The notes: generated by a model from the sequence alone, not told the origin. 64,000 nt of DNA from Moniliella sp. 'wahieum' (GCA_003971905.1 RSEE01000074.1:1-64000); one strand, 5' to 3'; counted from the stretch's first letter, positions 26,080 to 39,868 are shown. Numbers and translations are program-made.

Positions 26080-27846
26080 CGTCACTGTAACGCGTGACAC
26101 ACGGTGCGTGACTTCGGGGTGACTCGGGATCATTGGTCACCGGGGTCACCGGTCACTCTCACTGAATCATCAGTACCTGAGTGCCCTGAGGCCCGAGGGC
26201 CTGAGGGCCTGCGTGCTGAGGCTGAGTACGAGTATTCACATTCACATATTCACATGTCGCAACCCGCTCCATCCGCGCCACGCCACGGCCACACGGGCGT
26301 AGTAGCGAACGCACTGACAGCTGCCGCGCTGACGCACCGACGGCTGACGCGCTGGCATGTGACATGTGACTCACAGCAGGTTTTGGCCACCGCCTGTATC
26401 GGCCCGGGTCAGGACTCAGACTCGGATCTCAGAGTATACTCTCAGTACCTTCTCAGTCCTCTCCGTGCTCAGGCTGAGTTCAGCGTTACTCGGTAGTGGA
26501 CCTACCGCCACCTCCCCTCTTTGACCAACCGTTACATAGGGCATCCTCCTCTCCCCCCTGGACTGTGAGTGGACTATCAACAGATCAACAGAGTACAGAC
26601 TCGCGACGCCAGGCGATGCCCCTTCAAGCTTCAAGTCAAGCTTCATGGCAAATAGGAGCCAGACGAGGGTGACAATTATATAGCGTTCGAGCAAATTTTG
26701 CGTCTTTTCTTTTCACAGTCCCATATGTTCACCGAGGGCGGCGGGGGGAAATGGACTGAAAGAGCAGTTGCACCGTGGCTGCTGTAAGTAGCACCGCCCT
26801 AGTTACAGAGGTTTGGTCTGTACTTGGTGTGGTCTGCGCCCCGCTCCCACATGGCGCCCCCACTCTGGTCCAGTTGTAAGCCGCGCGCATAGTAGACACC
26901 GCTGGCGCATTCCTGTCTGTTCTTCGTTACCACCCCCACCTCTTCGCTCAACTCGTTACTTCGTTCTCGCTTATCTCCTTCTGGTAGCTCTGACCGCGCC
27001 GTCTGCCTGCCGCAGTACGTCGCTACTACATAGCCGCGGTAAGATGAGGTCTATAAAGTGAGTTGGAAAATACCCACCATTGGATCGTTATCTTGTTTCA
27101 GTAGGAAAAGAAGTGAGAATGGAGAGGCCGGGGAGGGGGAGACGGTAAGGCACTGATATAACCAAGGGAAGATGGCGGGGGTTGAGCCCAGAAGTGGATG
27201 GTAGGGATCATCTAGAAGTCTCGTGATATGGCATAGCAAGGTAGCAAGGCATGTTACAGGAGAACGATAGTGGTACCAGAACGTATGGTAGGATATGTGA
27301 AAAAGGTCCAGCAATGCCCGAAGGAATAGGAACCGAGCCGTGGGCGATTCAAAGCAAGTACCAAATAGATTAAGATATGATGCTGACCATTGCATGGCGT
27401 CGGACCAAATGTTCTCACGATAGTACGGACAAGGCATAGCGAGATTGGGTTTGGTTGGCTGGTGCGTTTTGGGGGCCGATGCACGGGTGTACGAGCATAG
27501 CCAGATGGGGGAGCAATGATAACAAAATATTCGTAGTGGCAGGAGGGCGTAGTGCCAGTTCAGCCTGAGCCGGTCAAGGTAGGGTCCAGGGAGAGAGAGA
27601 TAGAAATGTTGTGTGTGGCGATTGCGATTCGCCACAGGAAGCCGAGACGAGCCAACTTCCTCCATTACTGGATGTGAAGTTAAAGTGCTGCCATCAGCCC
27701 GGACGGTAGGAATACTCGTGTGGGTTGGGATGAAGAGAGCGCGGGCCAAAGGAAGAAGGCGTGTAAGCCTCAGCGGGGCGGTCAAAGGACGCAGCCGAGG
27801 TTGACGGGGGCATTTCCCTCGCCGATCTAGTCCAGGGTGGAGTGGC

Positions 27847-27897
27847 CCCTGCTCCTGCCCCTGCCCCTGCCCTGCCCCTGCCCCTGCCCCTGCCCCT
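27847..27897. repeat. (CCTGCC)n hexamer microsatellite
   Basis: ccctgc repeats read directly. Confidence 0.85.
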
Positions 27898-28218
27898 ACC
27901 TTGTCGGGGATGCTGATCGCGGACAAAGGCCGAGACCGACCGAGGGGATCGTACATCCCTCGGTCGCCGGCACGCCGGACCGAGTTGTATCCACCGTCGT
28001 ATCGATCGGCGGGATTGGACGGAGGATGAGAGGTGGTACGAATACCTTCCCCATACCCATACCCATCTCGGGCGCATACCTGTGCTCCATGTCGAACTCT
28101 TCTCGAGCGGGGTGGGGAGCATCAGGACGGAGGAGCAGGATGGGTGTCAAATGGGTGCGGTACGTTGCGTCCATGATAATACTCGCGGGGCATCGGAGGC
28201 GGTGGTGGGTCACCATGC

Positions 28219-30177
28219 CTAGGCAAGCGATTTGTTTCGCGTGTAGTTCGGGGAGGGAACGAGAGGCGAGAGGCTCATCTCTAAAGCGGAACGATGGAGA
28301 ATCCGCTGTTCCTTTGTTCCTCGCCCGTGGAAGCGTGGGGAGGAATGTAGATACCCGTGAGACCATGAGGCGGTGGCGGGTATCTGAAGGCACTGGGCTC
28401 GAACCTGCCCTAATACGGTTTCGTCCCACTTCGGCGCCTGTCCATGAAGGTGGGTACTCTCTGGGCCGGGCAGTGGCGGAGCAGGACGTTCGCGTGACCA
28501 CCCAGAGGTGGAAGGGTGCCCATGTTGTGCCGACGGACTGCCGACAATGGTGCTCTCGGGGCCCGGGGCACTGATCGGCCGCGTCGAATCAGGGCACGCC
28601 TGGAGTGCCATACGTAGCCGATCGTTCTCCCATAGTAGCTTGTCCCGCTCCTTCTTCACATCTGCAATGTGGTCGATGGCTATAAGAGACAGAAAAGAAA
28701 AACGCAGGTCAGTAATCTGGTGGTTAACTCGCGTACAAATGAGAGATCCACCACCACGTCGGCGGTGCACCACCCATTTTCGCCGGGGTTACCATGATTG
28801 CCGCCGCTCCCCCCGAAAGTGCCTGTGGCCAGAGGCTAAAGCACTGTAAAATGCCATGCCCCGAGCTGGGAACCGTGAGAAAGACGTAGGGGAATACGGG
28901 CAGCAGCACGCCCACAGGGTGCGGCCCAGCGCCAGGAAATGAGAGGAAGTCTTGGCAACTATCCAATCTGGCTAGGAAGGCGAACAAATAGCGGCGGCAC
29001 GGGAAGAAAGGGGGAAGGAACCGTGGTAACCTCAGTCGACGTTGGTGAAGCACCCCCTAGAATAAAAGTAGTGTTGTGACTGTGGCGGATGGGTCTGACA
29101 AGGGAGAAGTAGGGGCAGGGAAGGAAGAGAGGACTCACCTCGTGTTAAGATTTCCCACTTGCTGGTACGGGTGCCATGGTCGTCTGGCAGTTGGTTGCGC
29201 AGGTCCTCGAATAGCTCTTTCATTTCTTTCCTTCGTTTGCGTTTCGGCTAGCTTGTGATTCATCCGCAGCTCGGGGGAGCGGGAGGTGGCATACAAGTCC
29301 ACCATTTCCCCGCTTACCTCGGGGATTGGTCGTCCGGCCTTACTCCTCTCGGCTGGTCTACCATCCCCACCGCACGACGGGAAGAATTCGATTCAGAGGG
29401 GGCCGGTCCGAAGGGGTAGGGAGGAGCGGATGCGTGGATGAACCGTGGGACGGCATGGAAGGCAGATGCTCTTCTTTCGTACGGAGTGGGGAGGAAATCC
29501 CTCCCATGCGCTCTTGCGTTAAGGGCCGTGGAGGTGTGACCCGCTGCTCCGTCAAAGGAAGGGATGAGGTCGCGGAAGGCCCGAAGCGGGCTGTGTCGGT
29601 AGGCTGGTGGCTGCCGCCGGATCGAGAATGGAAACCGAGGTGATCGTGGCGTGGGGGTGGTAAAGAGTTGTCACTGTTGGACGGCCGCCGATACCGGTCG
29701 CCTCGGCTGGTATTTTGTGGTGCGGGACAGCACCAGGGCGATGGCCATAGCCAACCCGATAATCCGATGAGGGGTCATAGGAGGGGGGGACTGCGTCAGC
29801 GCCAGGGACTAAGGTGGATGTTGACGTTGTCGGTGGAGCGAAGCCATAAGCTGGGTGTGTGTGTTGTGGAGAGGGGCCAACTCGCGCTCAGCCCCAGCCC
29901 ACCTTGCGTCACGCGCCGCGTCCAAGTCGGAGCGGACGGAGGATGGAATGTAGGACGCATGGGAGGGAGGGAGAAAGATGGAAGATGACGAGGGCCGGGG
30001 TCGGGCGGCAACGCACCCGGGCCAAGCCTGGGACTGTGGCTAGAAGGAATGGGGGTTGACGTAGGCGCAGGCGAGAAGCCTGCCGTACGCGGATCAAGGT
30101 TAGGCATGCGTCGACGGAGGAGGGAGGAGGATGTGCGGCGGGCGGAGAGTTGCCTGCGGGGCGCTTTTAGCAGGCAT
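28219..30177 (-). CDS. bHLH-ZIP transcription factor with low-complexity N-terminus; boundaries approximate
   Basis: SPELRMNHKLAE-(RKRRK)-EMKELFEDLRNQLPDDHGTRTSKWEILTR | AIDHIADVKKERDKLLWENDRLR, joined across intron 28680-29138 (GTGAGT..ACTGAC..TAG). Confidence 0.88.
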
Positions 30178-30473
30178 GGCCGGCCGCAGTGTGCCAACCA
30201 CGGAACAGAAAGTCGAGTGCGACTGCCCGTGGTGCTGAGGGGAAAGGCTAGGGAGGAGACGGAAGAGGAGAGGGAGGAGGAGGAGGGGGACGAAAGAGGA
30301 GGGGGAGAGGGGGAGGGGGACGGAGGAGGTGGTGGCGGTGGAGGTGGTTGGTGGCGGCGCGGCGATGGCGGTGGAGGTGATGGCAGTGGGTGTGAGGATG
30401 TATCGCGCTGGATGCTGGGGTAAGGTGCTGTGGGCGCTGGAAGACCAGCCTGCTGGGCGCAGCGTGCTCAGTG

Positions 30474-33400
30474 TGAACGTTGAACGTTGAACGTTGAACG
30501 TTGGTGTTGATCGATGATCGGTGACCAAGCGCCGAGCGGTCAGCGCTCAGCCGCTCAGCGCGTCAACGCGTCAGGCTCCGCCGCTGGCTTCTTCTGGCTC
30601 TGGCCTCAAAGCTTCAGGCCAACCAGCCTCAGGCTCAGCCGTTCACTGGGTACGAGCTTGAAGTATAGTGCCAGTGGCAAGGTGACACATGTGACATGTG
30701 ACCGTGACCGATTGCAGTCACTAGTCACTAGTCACCGACCAGTCCGGACTGTCGGTGGTTTATGATCGATGATATCACCCAGGGATCAAAGGAAGCTGAA
30801 CGCACGCGCTGAACGTTGGCTGAAGCGCTGAAGGTTGACGTTGAGGAGCTTGAAGCTTGAGAGCTTGAGGGCTGGTGCTGCGCTGCGCAGAAGCATGATG
30901 AACTTGACACAACTAGCTTTGAAATGCGAAGTATCTAGTGAGTACCGAGTACCGATGAGTAGTATACGATGAGTAGTACTATTGAGTAGTACTAGCACGC
31001 TAGTGAGAATATTCCAAAGTAAAGCTGTAACAAAAAGTAACCCAGTAACATGATAACACTAACGCCTAAGGCTAAGGCCTAAGGGCCTAAAGAAACCCAA
31101 GCCTGCAGACCAAGGAAAAAGGTTCATTATTCAATGTACTGACCGGTGACCGGCACCGGTAACATGAACGCCAACCGATATTCGGTAGCTGGTAACCGGC
31201 ACCGGTAACCGCGGATCGGGGATTAATTCGATTAATATTCGTCCTAAAGCTTAAAGCTTAAGTTAAGCACCTAGCGAGCGCTTAAAGCTTAAAACTTAAA
31301 GTGAGGAAGATTGATGCAATGATCGAGACACTTGTAGCATGCATGATGCATGACGCGTGACCGCGTGACGGTAAATGTGAGACGCGTGACGCATGACATG
31401 AGGCAGTGCGAAGCGCTGCATAATGCGCTAATGCGCGAAGCGCTAAGCTTAGCGCTAATGCCCGAATGGTTGCGGCGGCTGTCTGATGTTGAGCCTGTTG
31501 GCGCTTGGAGCGACCCTGTGAGCGCGTGAGCGCATGCCCACGGACTAGTTACTAGTTAGCGGTGGCCGGTAGATTGGCAGAACGACGAAGGTGGAGATCG
31601 GAGACCTGGAGGCCAGGCCAGGTGGGCTGCCGGTGTGTGTACCGAGTACGTATAGTGTGGCTCCCACACACAACGCCTCGGGGTCGCCGTTGGACGTTGG
31701 ACGTTGGTTGACAGGCTGTGGTGTAAACTCGGGTTCGGTACCGGGGACGTGGCTGGCAGCCTCCGCAGCCTCCGCTGCTGATCAGGCGGGCAGGCCACGT
31801 GTCCATTGCATCATCATGTCATCAATCCTCGATCCTCGGCATTCGACACTTCCCCAAAATTGGCCGGCGCCGGCTTAAGATGACCCTTTGTGATCTGAAG
31901 ATCTGAAGATCTGAAGGCCAGACCAGACCAGACCAGACCAGCCAGGCCCCAGGGGCTGCCAAGAGCAGAGGCAGGAGTCATTTCCAGTTTGAAAAAATCC
32001 CCAAGCTGGATAGCAAGCGCCACACGAGGACAATTTTCAATCGGCTACTTCACGCGTCACACGTCAGTCACACGTCACGTCACACGTCATGCTCATTCAT
32101 CGTGAGCGCGTGAGCTTCTGTTCCAAGCGCCAAGCCAACTTCAGTTGTGTCACATGTTTGACATGACACATATCACAGTGACACATGCTATGTGACATGT
32201 GACTAGTGATGTGTCGCGTGATCTGCCACCCATAATATGCATGACATGGACACCGACGACGTCGTCTACGTTCAACTTCACATGCTATCCGTTCGCTTCC
32301 GTTCTCTTTTCCCCCATTGGCTGGCCCGATACGGCCGCAATCAGTCATCAGCGTATCAACGGCTCAAAACCTTGGATGTGCTCCGGGCCAGGGGCCCTGC
32401 GGCGCCCTGAGGCTGGCGCTTCCCACAAGTAGGTCCCGAGACTTGTCACCGGGTCACCTGGCCGGTCACCGCGTCACTTCGGCACCCTTCGAACGCAACA
32501 TACCATACACTGAGCACTTCTATGTACTGAGTTGTACACCGATCGATGTTCCGAAGCGTCCGACAGGCCACGAGAGGGCAGCCGGTACGACATCGCATCA
32601 TGCATCATGCATCATGAATTGAATGAATGAAGCTGAAATCTCAGATCTGAGATTGATAACTTCGATAAAAACTCGATAACTATATGTGCATGTGTCGATG
32701 AACTTAACCTGGGTGTGACTAGTGACTGGTCCCGTCCCGAAACGAGGGAGAGGGAATTATTAATTAGGCCTTAGGGAACCCTGTTGTCCTTCTCCGTGAC
32801 GCGTGATCCCCGGGTTGGCAGTCATAGAATGGCTTGAATCGGAACTTAGCACAGCAGGGCACAGCTGGCACAGCTCTAAGATCTAATGTCGCTTGTTAAT
32901 CTTCAAGCTTCAAGCTCAAGCTTCAAGCTTCAAGCTTCGTGACGCGCGTGACGCGTGGCGCGTGACTGAAGTGACGGAATTAAGTACCAACGCTTAGTCA
33001 CTCACTGGTCCCCCTGGCTGGTCAGCTGGCTCAGCGGATTGGTTCGTTGAACGTTAGTTGAACGTTGAACGGGTTGAATTTCACACCTTCAGATGTTCAC
33101 ATGATCATCGGATCACCAGTCCGTCTCCGTCCAGCGAGATGGTGTCACATGTCACATGTGATTGCCCGCGTCACACGTCAGGCGCGTCAGGCCGCGCGTC
33201 AGGCCCTCAGGCCCTCTCAGCCCATCGTGGAATCGCAAGTCACAATGACATGTATCTTCAAGCTTCGAGCTTCAAGCTTCAAGCTTGAAAGTGAAGCTTC
33301 AAGTTCCGAAAAGTTCCGCAAGGTTCCGAAGCGAGGCGGCCGCGGAGGCGCGGAAGAGTTGTCAGACGCCTGTATATGTATTAGCAATCGCTTCTCGTAA

Positions 33401-34062
33401 TTCCCCTTCCAATCTCCAACCTCCAACGTGCGTGTCCCACGCGATCCCACGAGCCACGGCCACTCCCGTTGCTGTTGGAAATTTACCGATAACCTATGTA
33501 ATGATTCATGAACGTAGGGACGTATAGAGTTCGGAGGTACGACTGCCACATGTGCGCCCTGTTTATTGTTTGGCATCATGTGCAACATGCATTAAAGTGC
33601 AACAGGCAGTCTGTTGGGGGACAGAGACCACAGCCCAGTGCACACGTACCAGGCCGTGGCCGAAAGCGCTTGGAATATGGATCCCACGCCCTCTTCTAAC
33701 AACACATGGAACAAGGGAACATGCATTGGTACAGAGGACCAAGTTACTGATGCATGATGTACTGTGACAGTGATGTATGATGTCCTGAAGCTTGGCATGT
33801 TTGACAGCTCAGGTGAGCGACGTTATTCGCGTCATGCACGTCATGCAGTCACGCGTCACGCGTCACGCGTCACTGGTCACTAATCATTGTGACCACGCCA
33901 AGAAATGGCCATGTCACGTGATGCACGTGGGAGCTTCCCTGAGATCTGCGATGCGGCCCCACGGAGGCATCGGACTCCAGAAGATTGATTCTTCCTGACG
34001 TTGAAGCAGGCTTCAATCTTCTGAGCGCTGAGCCTCAGCGCTGAAGAAGGCTGAGCGCTGAC
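30474..34062. repeat. Dense field of heptamer arrays with many different cores
   Basis: (TGA ACGT)x4 at 30474; TGA CATG ~30690; TCA CTAG ~30718; TAA GGCC ~31073; TAA AGCT ~31245; TGCA TGA/CGCG ~31340; TCA TGCA ~32599; TCA AGCT ~32903; (TCA CGCG)x3 at 33849; TGA GCGC ~34022. Confidence 0.9.
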
Positions 34063-35404
34063 ACTGTGCCGAAGCCACTTATGCATAATGGGGTCTAGGC
34101 GTTGGGCACCTCGGGAAGCGGCACAAAAGGATCAGCCAGCCCCGGGTTGCGCACCTGGGGATAGGACGCGTAACTGTGAATCGCACCCACTCAAGTATAA
34201 GTCTTGCTAATGCCAATGTTTCAGTGGTTGGCCATCGAGGCCATCCAGATATCCAGGGCCGGTGGCCAAAGGGCTGTGCTGTGCTTGTAACGAAGGTTAC
34301 CAATTAGGCGCTTGGCCATTCCCACGCGGTTTGGGGTGCTGAGGAACTCACAGCATTTTCGCAGGACTAACCCACCTCTGTCACACGTATCACGCCTGTC
34401 GTGCTATGATTTTGGTGAGACCCTCGGAAGAGGCGCAAGTCATAAAGGGTCATCGGCCGGTCTCGATTTCATCATGCATCATGGATCAGGCCTGGGCCTG
34501 AGCCTCAGGACTCCAGGTCTCATCGATCATCATGGCATCATAGTCATAGTCACTGGTCACTGCCGGGGCGTTTTCGGACGATCGCCGAGCATCGAGCATC
34601 GGAACCTCAGGCCAAGGTTATATTACCACGCTGGTACCACATACCGCATATGCCGTTCCTCTTGTTATGACACGCATGACGAGGGCTGTCGGAGGGCGAA
34701 GGCTCGGTGCGTATATTTTACGCCACCTGGACGCCCCATCACCGGCATCACGGTCTGTTCTGCGTCACATGACACAGTGAAATGGGTCACTAGTCACTGG
34801 TCGCTGTCATAGTCACGAGCTTCAAGCTGCAAGCTTCGCGCCCCCCAACATCGTACCCTCCCCTCCCTCCCCCCGACCAGCCATCAGCCGCAAATCCCAC
34901 ACTCATCGGCGACTAATGACGTTAATGACTGAGCACTGCACATTTCACATTCACCGCAACACGCGACCCTCGACCGAAAGCCAATTGTTAAACGTTAGTC
35001 ATATCGAATGGGCATGCTGCATCGCCAAGTGGAGCTGCTAGAGAAAACTGTTACTGTTACGCACACGGTGACCGCGCCACATGGGCCGCTACATGTGTTC
35101 CACACAATCGCCGGAGCGTCGAGAATGAGTTCTTCATGACGTTGCGAGGCAGACGGTCGGATAGCATTGATCATAATCCCGTACCGGGGTAACCGTCGTT
35201 GACAGGTAAAACGTGGTTCTAACCTACCTGCAATTCTGGTAGGAAGTACTCTGAGGTAGCTGGAGGCCTGAGCGCCTGCGCCCGCTATGCACTATGCACG
35301 CTATGATAACACCAAGTGATACTAGTCATGCTAGTGATGCATGTAACATGTAACGCCTGAAAGGCTCAAGGCCTGGTACACCTGATGAGGCGCGCTGTGC
35401 GCAG

Positions 35405-35493
35405 TGTCAGGTGACGGAGATGGGGGAAAGGGCGCAGATGGATTGCATCGGGTCTAGTGGGCCAAGGGCCCCTAGCACGGCGTGAGTCTGACA
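35405..35493. mobile_element. Internally deleted solo LTR (89 bp), family A
   Basis: TGTCAG...CTGACA ends; 5-bp TSD CGCAG at 35400-35404 and 35494-35498; both arms match the ends of 7151-7346. Confidence 0.9.
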
Positions 35494-38400
35494 CGCAGAT
35501 GTTCGAACCCGTCAGATCTCAGACTAGATTGAACACACAAGGGGCTGTTATTTGTGCAAGGCAGCGGCTGATTGTAAATAGATGTCGGAGAGTTGGTGCG
35601 CCAGGGTCGCCAGTTGGACATCGGGCTGGACCTGGACGGATATATGTCGCAGCTTGGCACAGCAGGGCACAGTTCGCATACCAGCACGGTTAAGTAACCG
35701 GTGTTTAACAGTGAAACGCACGGTTACCAATATGGCTGATGTGTGCTTCTGGATCTTGCTTGTACTCAAAACACAGTACTCAGCACATACCTAGAATTTA
35801 GAAAGAGCTGATGAAGACTCAGATCTCAGACTGAGAGTACTCAGTCTGGGTTTACTGAGGATCAGTACGTTCAGTCACAGGGACCTGCATGCCCCTCATC
35901 CTCATACCCCCCGTGTGGGCCGGGGGGGATGGCAAAATAGTGGATTGGGCCTTAGGCCTTATTCTTGAATAGCTTGTTTCGAAGAACTGATATGCCAACG
36001 TTGAACGTTGAACGTTGATGCATGAAAGAGGAGAGCACACCGCTTCACGCACAACCGGCCCAGAAGTGCTCAGAAAACGCGGCAGCGCAAACCCCTAGAA
36101 GCAGAAGAGATCTCGACGTGAGACACGGGGTTAACTGAGGCGGTTTGTTGACAGACACTAGTCACTAGTCAACGACCTTCAAGCTTCGACGTTTGAACCG
36201 TCACCGGCGTCACCGACCTCAGCAAAAGAACAAAATACTTCAACATCAGGCACTTTGAATCATTAATCATTAACCATCCAGCATTTTGCGATGGGCCTTT
36301 CCAGGTATGTGGACAAAAGACCCCGAGCAAGGCTACCTATATCCGTGGTATGGGAGAGAACACAGTCTAGAACAGTCCGTCGACATATATGATTTCGAAT
36401 CGGTCTCTGAGCGAGGCATAGAAGGGAAACATTCGCGAGGTACTCTCGATGCCTAGTAATGATTCCAGAAGACCGATCCATTGGGGGTGTTAACATTTTG
36501 ATTCAGTTGAGTGTCATTACAATGCAGCAAGACAATCGAAAAGAGGGATATTTGAGAGGGAAGGGATAGTAGTGTGACATGTGAGATCAAGATCTGTGGG
36601 GGCGGTGGCATCACGTGCCGCTTGAGTTCTCCACGCTCACTTCTATCATGCGTCATGCACATGATCATGATGCACAATAAATGACTCCTTCTTCGATGCA
36701 TACGCTCGCACTCTCTTTCCGTCTTCACACGGATCGGTCCACATGAGCGTCACCTTGGCCTGGGCTATATGTCACAGTGTGACATGTGACAGTCTATATA
36801 AAACGAGAGAAGGTCAATAAATAATTCAATCTCAACCTCTCAGATCTCAAAATTCAGAACTCAAACCTCCCAATATGCACTACATCGAGGCGGCTAGGAA
36901 GAGATCATCGCGGTGAGAGAAAAGATGTAGGGTATAGATAGCGATTGCGTTTGGCCCGTCTCACAGCCAGGGGCAAAGCTGAGGGAATGATTAATGGCCC
37001 GAGACAAAGAGGTAAGGGCTAAGTTTTTCTCCACAGAAGTAGCAATCGTTCGTGAGGGAAAACCAAACTGCAAATAACATGGAGCAAAGCAGAAAATACA
37101 GGGGGGGGGAGAGAGCGAGACGAAGAAGACTTGAAAATGATGGGGGAGAGATCCCAAACCGTTCACAATTACGTATAGAACCCGAGCCGCAAACTGCTAT
37201 TATATGGAGACGGGGGAGAGAGGAGGCGTATCGTCTTTATGTATGGGAGCAAACTTCCAGATGTATTGATTCTTTCGAAACGCGCAGATCTTGCGATGAA
37301 GTCGCAATCGAGATGAATATTCAGAATGGTGTTGAAAAGGAGAGTGTAAGGACAGGGGGTCCCTGTGGATGCCGCACGTGCCTTGCCTATAGACAGGATG
37401 ACAGATCGCTGTAGTAGAGACGGTATTGCCGGTATGAGCGGGCTGCAGCCATACACGGGGCGACTTTTCTGTTGGCATTTTCATATAGCCTTGAGGCCTG
37501 AGGAGCTTGAGGGGAACGACAACTGTTACGCGTTACGAGCCTCCGTGGATTCCATCCGAGTTGAGCGCTGAGCCCCAATGATTTGTTCGATTTTAACAGA
37601 GCTGCCAGACATCCAGCCTCAGGCCTCAACCAAGTTACGATCAAAGAACGGTTGTACCATGTCCGGTGGTCTAAGCCGACATATCGACCTCCGTACAATA
37701 TCCTTGACAATGATCATGACATACAGTCGCCCCTTTTTTCCACAGTTTTTATATTTTCTGTTCTCACCCACAGCACGATTCTCCTCGTCATTAATCATTG
37801 GGGACGGGGCGCTGCGAGTCCCCGTGTTTCTTTGTCCACCATTCGGGATGATCGATGAACGGTCTTCATTTTTTGTGGCAACTGCGCCCCTGTTCCTTGT
37901 CTATCACTCCGTTCTCACCCGACTGCGTTGTTTGACCTTTAGTCTCCCTGCTTATACGCACTATATGGCTCGTGATTTCCCCCCTACGATCCATTCTGGG
38001 TTCTTCACCCCTTAATCGTCGATCCATACGATATAGGGAGCTTCTCCTGCTCTGAGTTTCCTCTTCTGATCTCCTCATCGATCATCCTCATCTCTTCGCC
38101 TCCCATGCATGACAGCTTCTCAGCTCTCAGCTCTCCAGCTTATCCCGGCAGCTCAGTTTTCGGCTTTCCCTCATCCAATCCGCGACGCTTTCTGTACCAG
38201 CTTTCAGGGTTAGCTCCAAAACCAGTTCTTCTCCATTACAACTGGGGGCAGCGTTGTCCCACCCGGCTGCCTTTCAAAGTTATTCTACTGGTTGTTCATC
38301 ACGTGCAACGGTTGGAATAACAGAGGAAGAGTTTGTAACGGAGACCGTGGTGGAGGCCACAACCGTCGTTAAAAGCACTCGTAGATCAACATGTATACTG

Positions 38401-39024
38401 CCGAAGTCAGTGAGGCAAACACGCCCCACAAGTGATTCAAACGTCATTTTCTCGTAGACATCCTTTTGAGCTGCCCGAGCCCCCATGTATATAGGACCAC
38501 ACGATGAAAAATTTGGCCTGTGGAAGAACATATATAACTATGGACGATGGATTGCAATGGTTGATCAACAAGGCCCTACCGATGACTTGAAGCCTAGAAC
38601 TTCAACTTGAAGCTTGAAGCTTGCACGTTGAAGAGGCTCTCTATCAGGCGCGCTCTCCCCTTTTTGGAAAAAGGACAAGTTAAAAGCTACCTCTGTTTTG
38701 TACCCTTGCATCATGCATCATGCATCACGTTCCACAGTCCGCCCCAATAGCCTTTTGTCGGTTCCCACAAACCGCAACTGCAGTCCATATGATAGACGGA
38801 CTCCAGCGGCCTTTTTGGGCTGGATGTGGCTGATGGATGTCACCATGTCAACTTCCACTATATATAAAGCGAAGACAACGGGGGGCGTCGTGTGGCTTGC
38901 TCCGCACGGTGGTGTGGCGAAGAAGGGGCCAATAAGTGGTAACTGGTAACGGTGTAAGTGACGAGTGTGGCACCTCAAGCTTCAAGTGGCAAGTAGCAAG
39001 GGCCCTTGTTTAAGGCTTTTAAAG

Positions 39025-39096
39025 TGAAGCTAGTGAAGCTTGAAGCTAGTGAAGCTTGAAGCTAGTGAAGCTTGAAGCTAGTGAAGCTTGAAGCTT
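39025..39096. repeat. 16-bp unit (TGA AGCTAG TGA AGCT)x4
   Basis: Read directly; units start at 39025, 39041, 39057, 39073. Confidence 0.95.
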
Positions 39097-39868
39097 GGAG
39101 CATCCTGTTCAACGTATACATAACTGTCTGCGGTCTTGCAGAGCACCGTGCTGTCATACATGTCTCAGTGCTTATAACAGAGCCTAATCTATAATCTAAC
39201 CCACAAAACACCGCCGTTGGAAATAAAATAGACCCTTTACCAAGACCCGTTGAAGGCGCACTGCTCTTCAAAAACGTCGCACGCGCCCGACCGGGGTCAC
39301 CGAGACGAGTCTCATGACGTTCCAGACGATGATAGCAATGAATGAACGTTCAGTTGAACGTTGAACGTTGAACGTGGAACGTTGTCTAGTTGACTGTGGC
39401 GAATTCGGGAAGACCTCTAGGAAGGCAGGCGATACGAGGAAGAGCAGAAGATGATCAATGATCGATGATCGACGATATCTGGACTCGGTGCCAGAGTTGG
39501 GTCTGGGCACAGCAGCATCGATATGAGACACCGAGCCTGCTCACTGGGTCTCTAAGGGTAGTGCTCGAGAGGTAGATTATAGTCATGGGCGGAGACTCTA
39601 GGCCGGCAGAAATACGTTGACGGAGCATGATATCGAGTACGGGAGGGAGGCATGGCCCATGGTCCATAGCTCCCGCTAATATACACTACCTCTCAAGCAC
39701 GCACACAGCCGCCTTCTCTTTGGAAATCAGATCGATTCTTTTTCAGATCTCACATTATTTTGTTGTCAAAAAATATGCCACCACACGAAGGTCTACCCTC
39801 CTACGAGAAGAGGAAGGGTGGGATCTGAGAAATGAGGGTAGGGGTGGCGTTCCGTTGTTCAACGTTCG

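Noticed and set aside
36270..37460. Additional solo LTRs (TG..CA-like stretches; also ~9190-9612, ~12770-13045, ~35050-35205)
   Set aside because: No matching 5-bp TSD or second copy found by eye.
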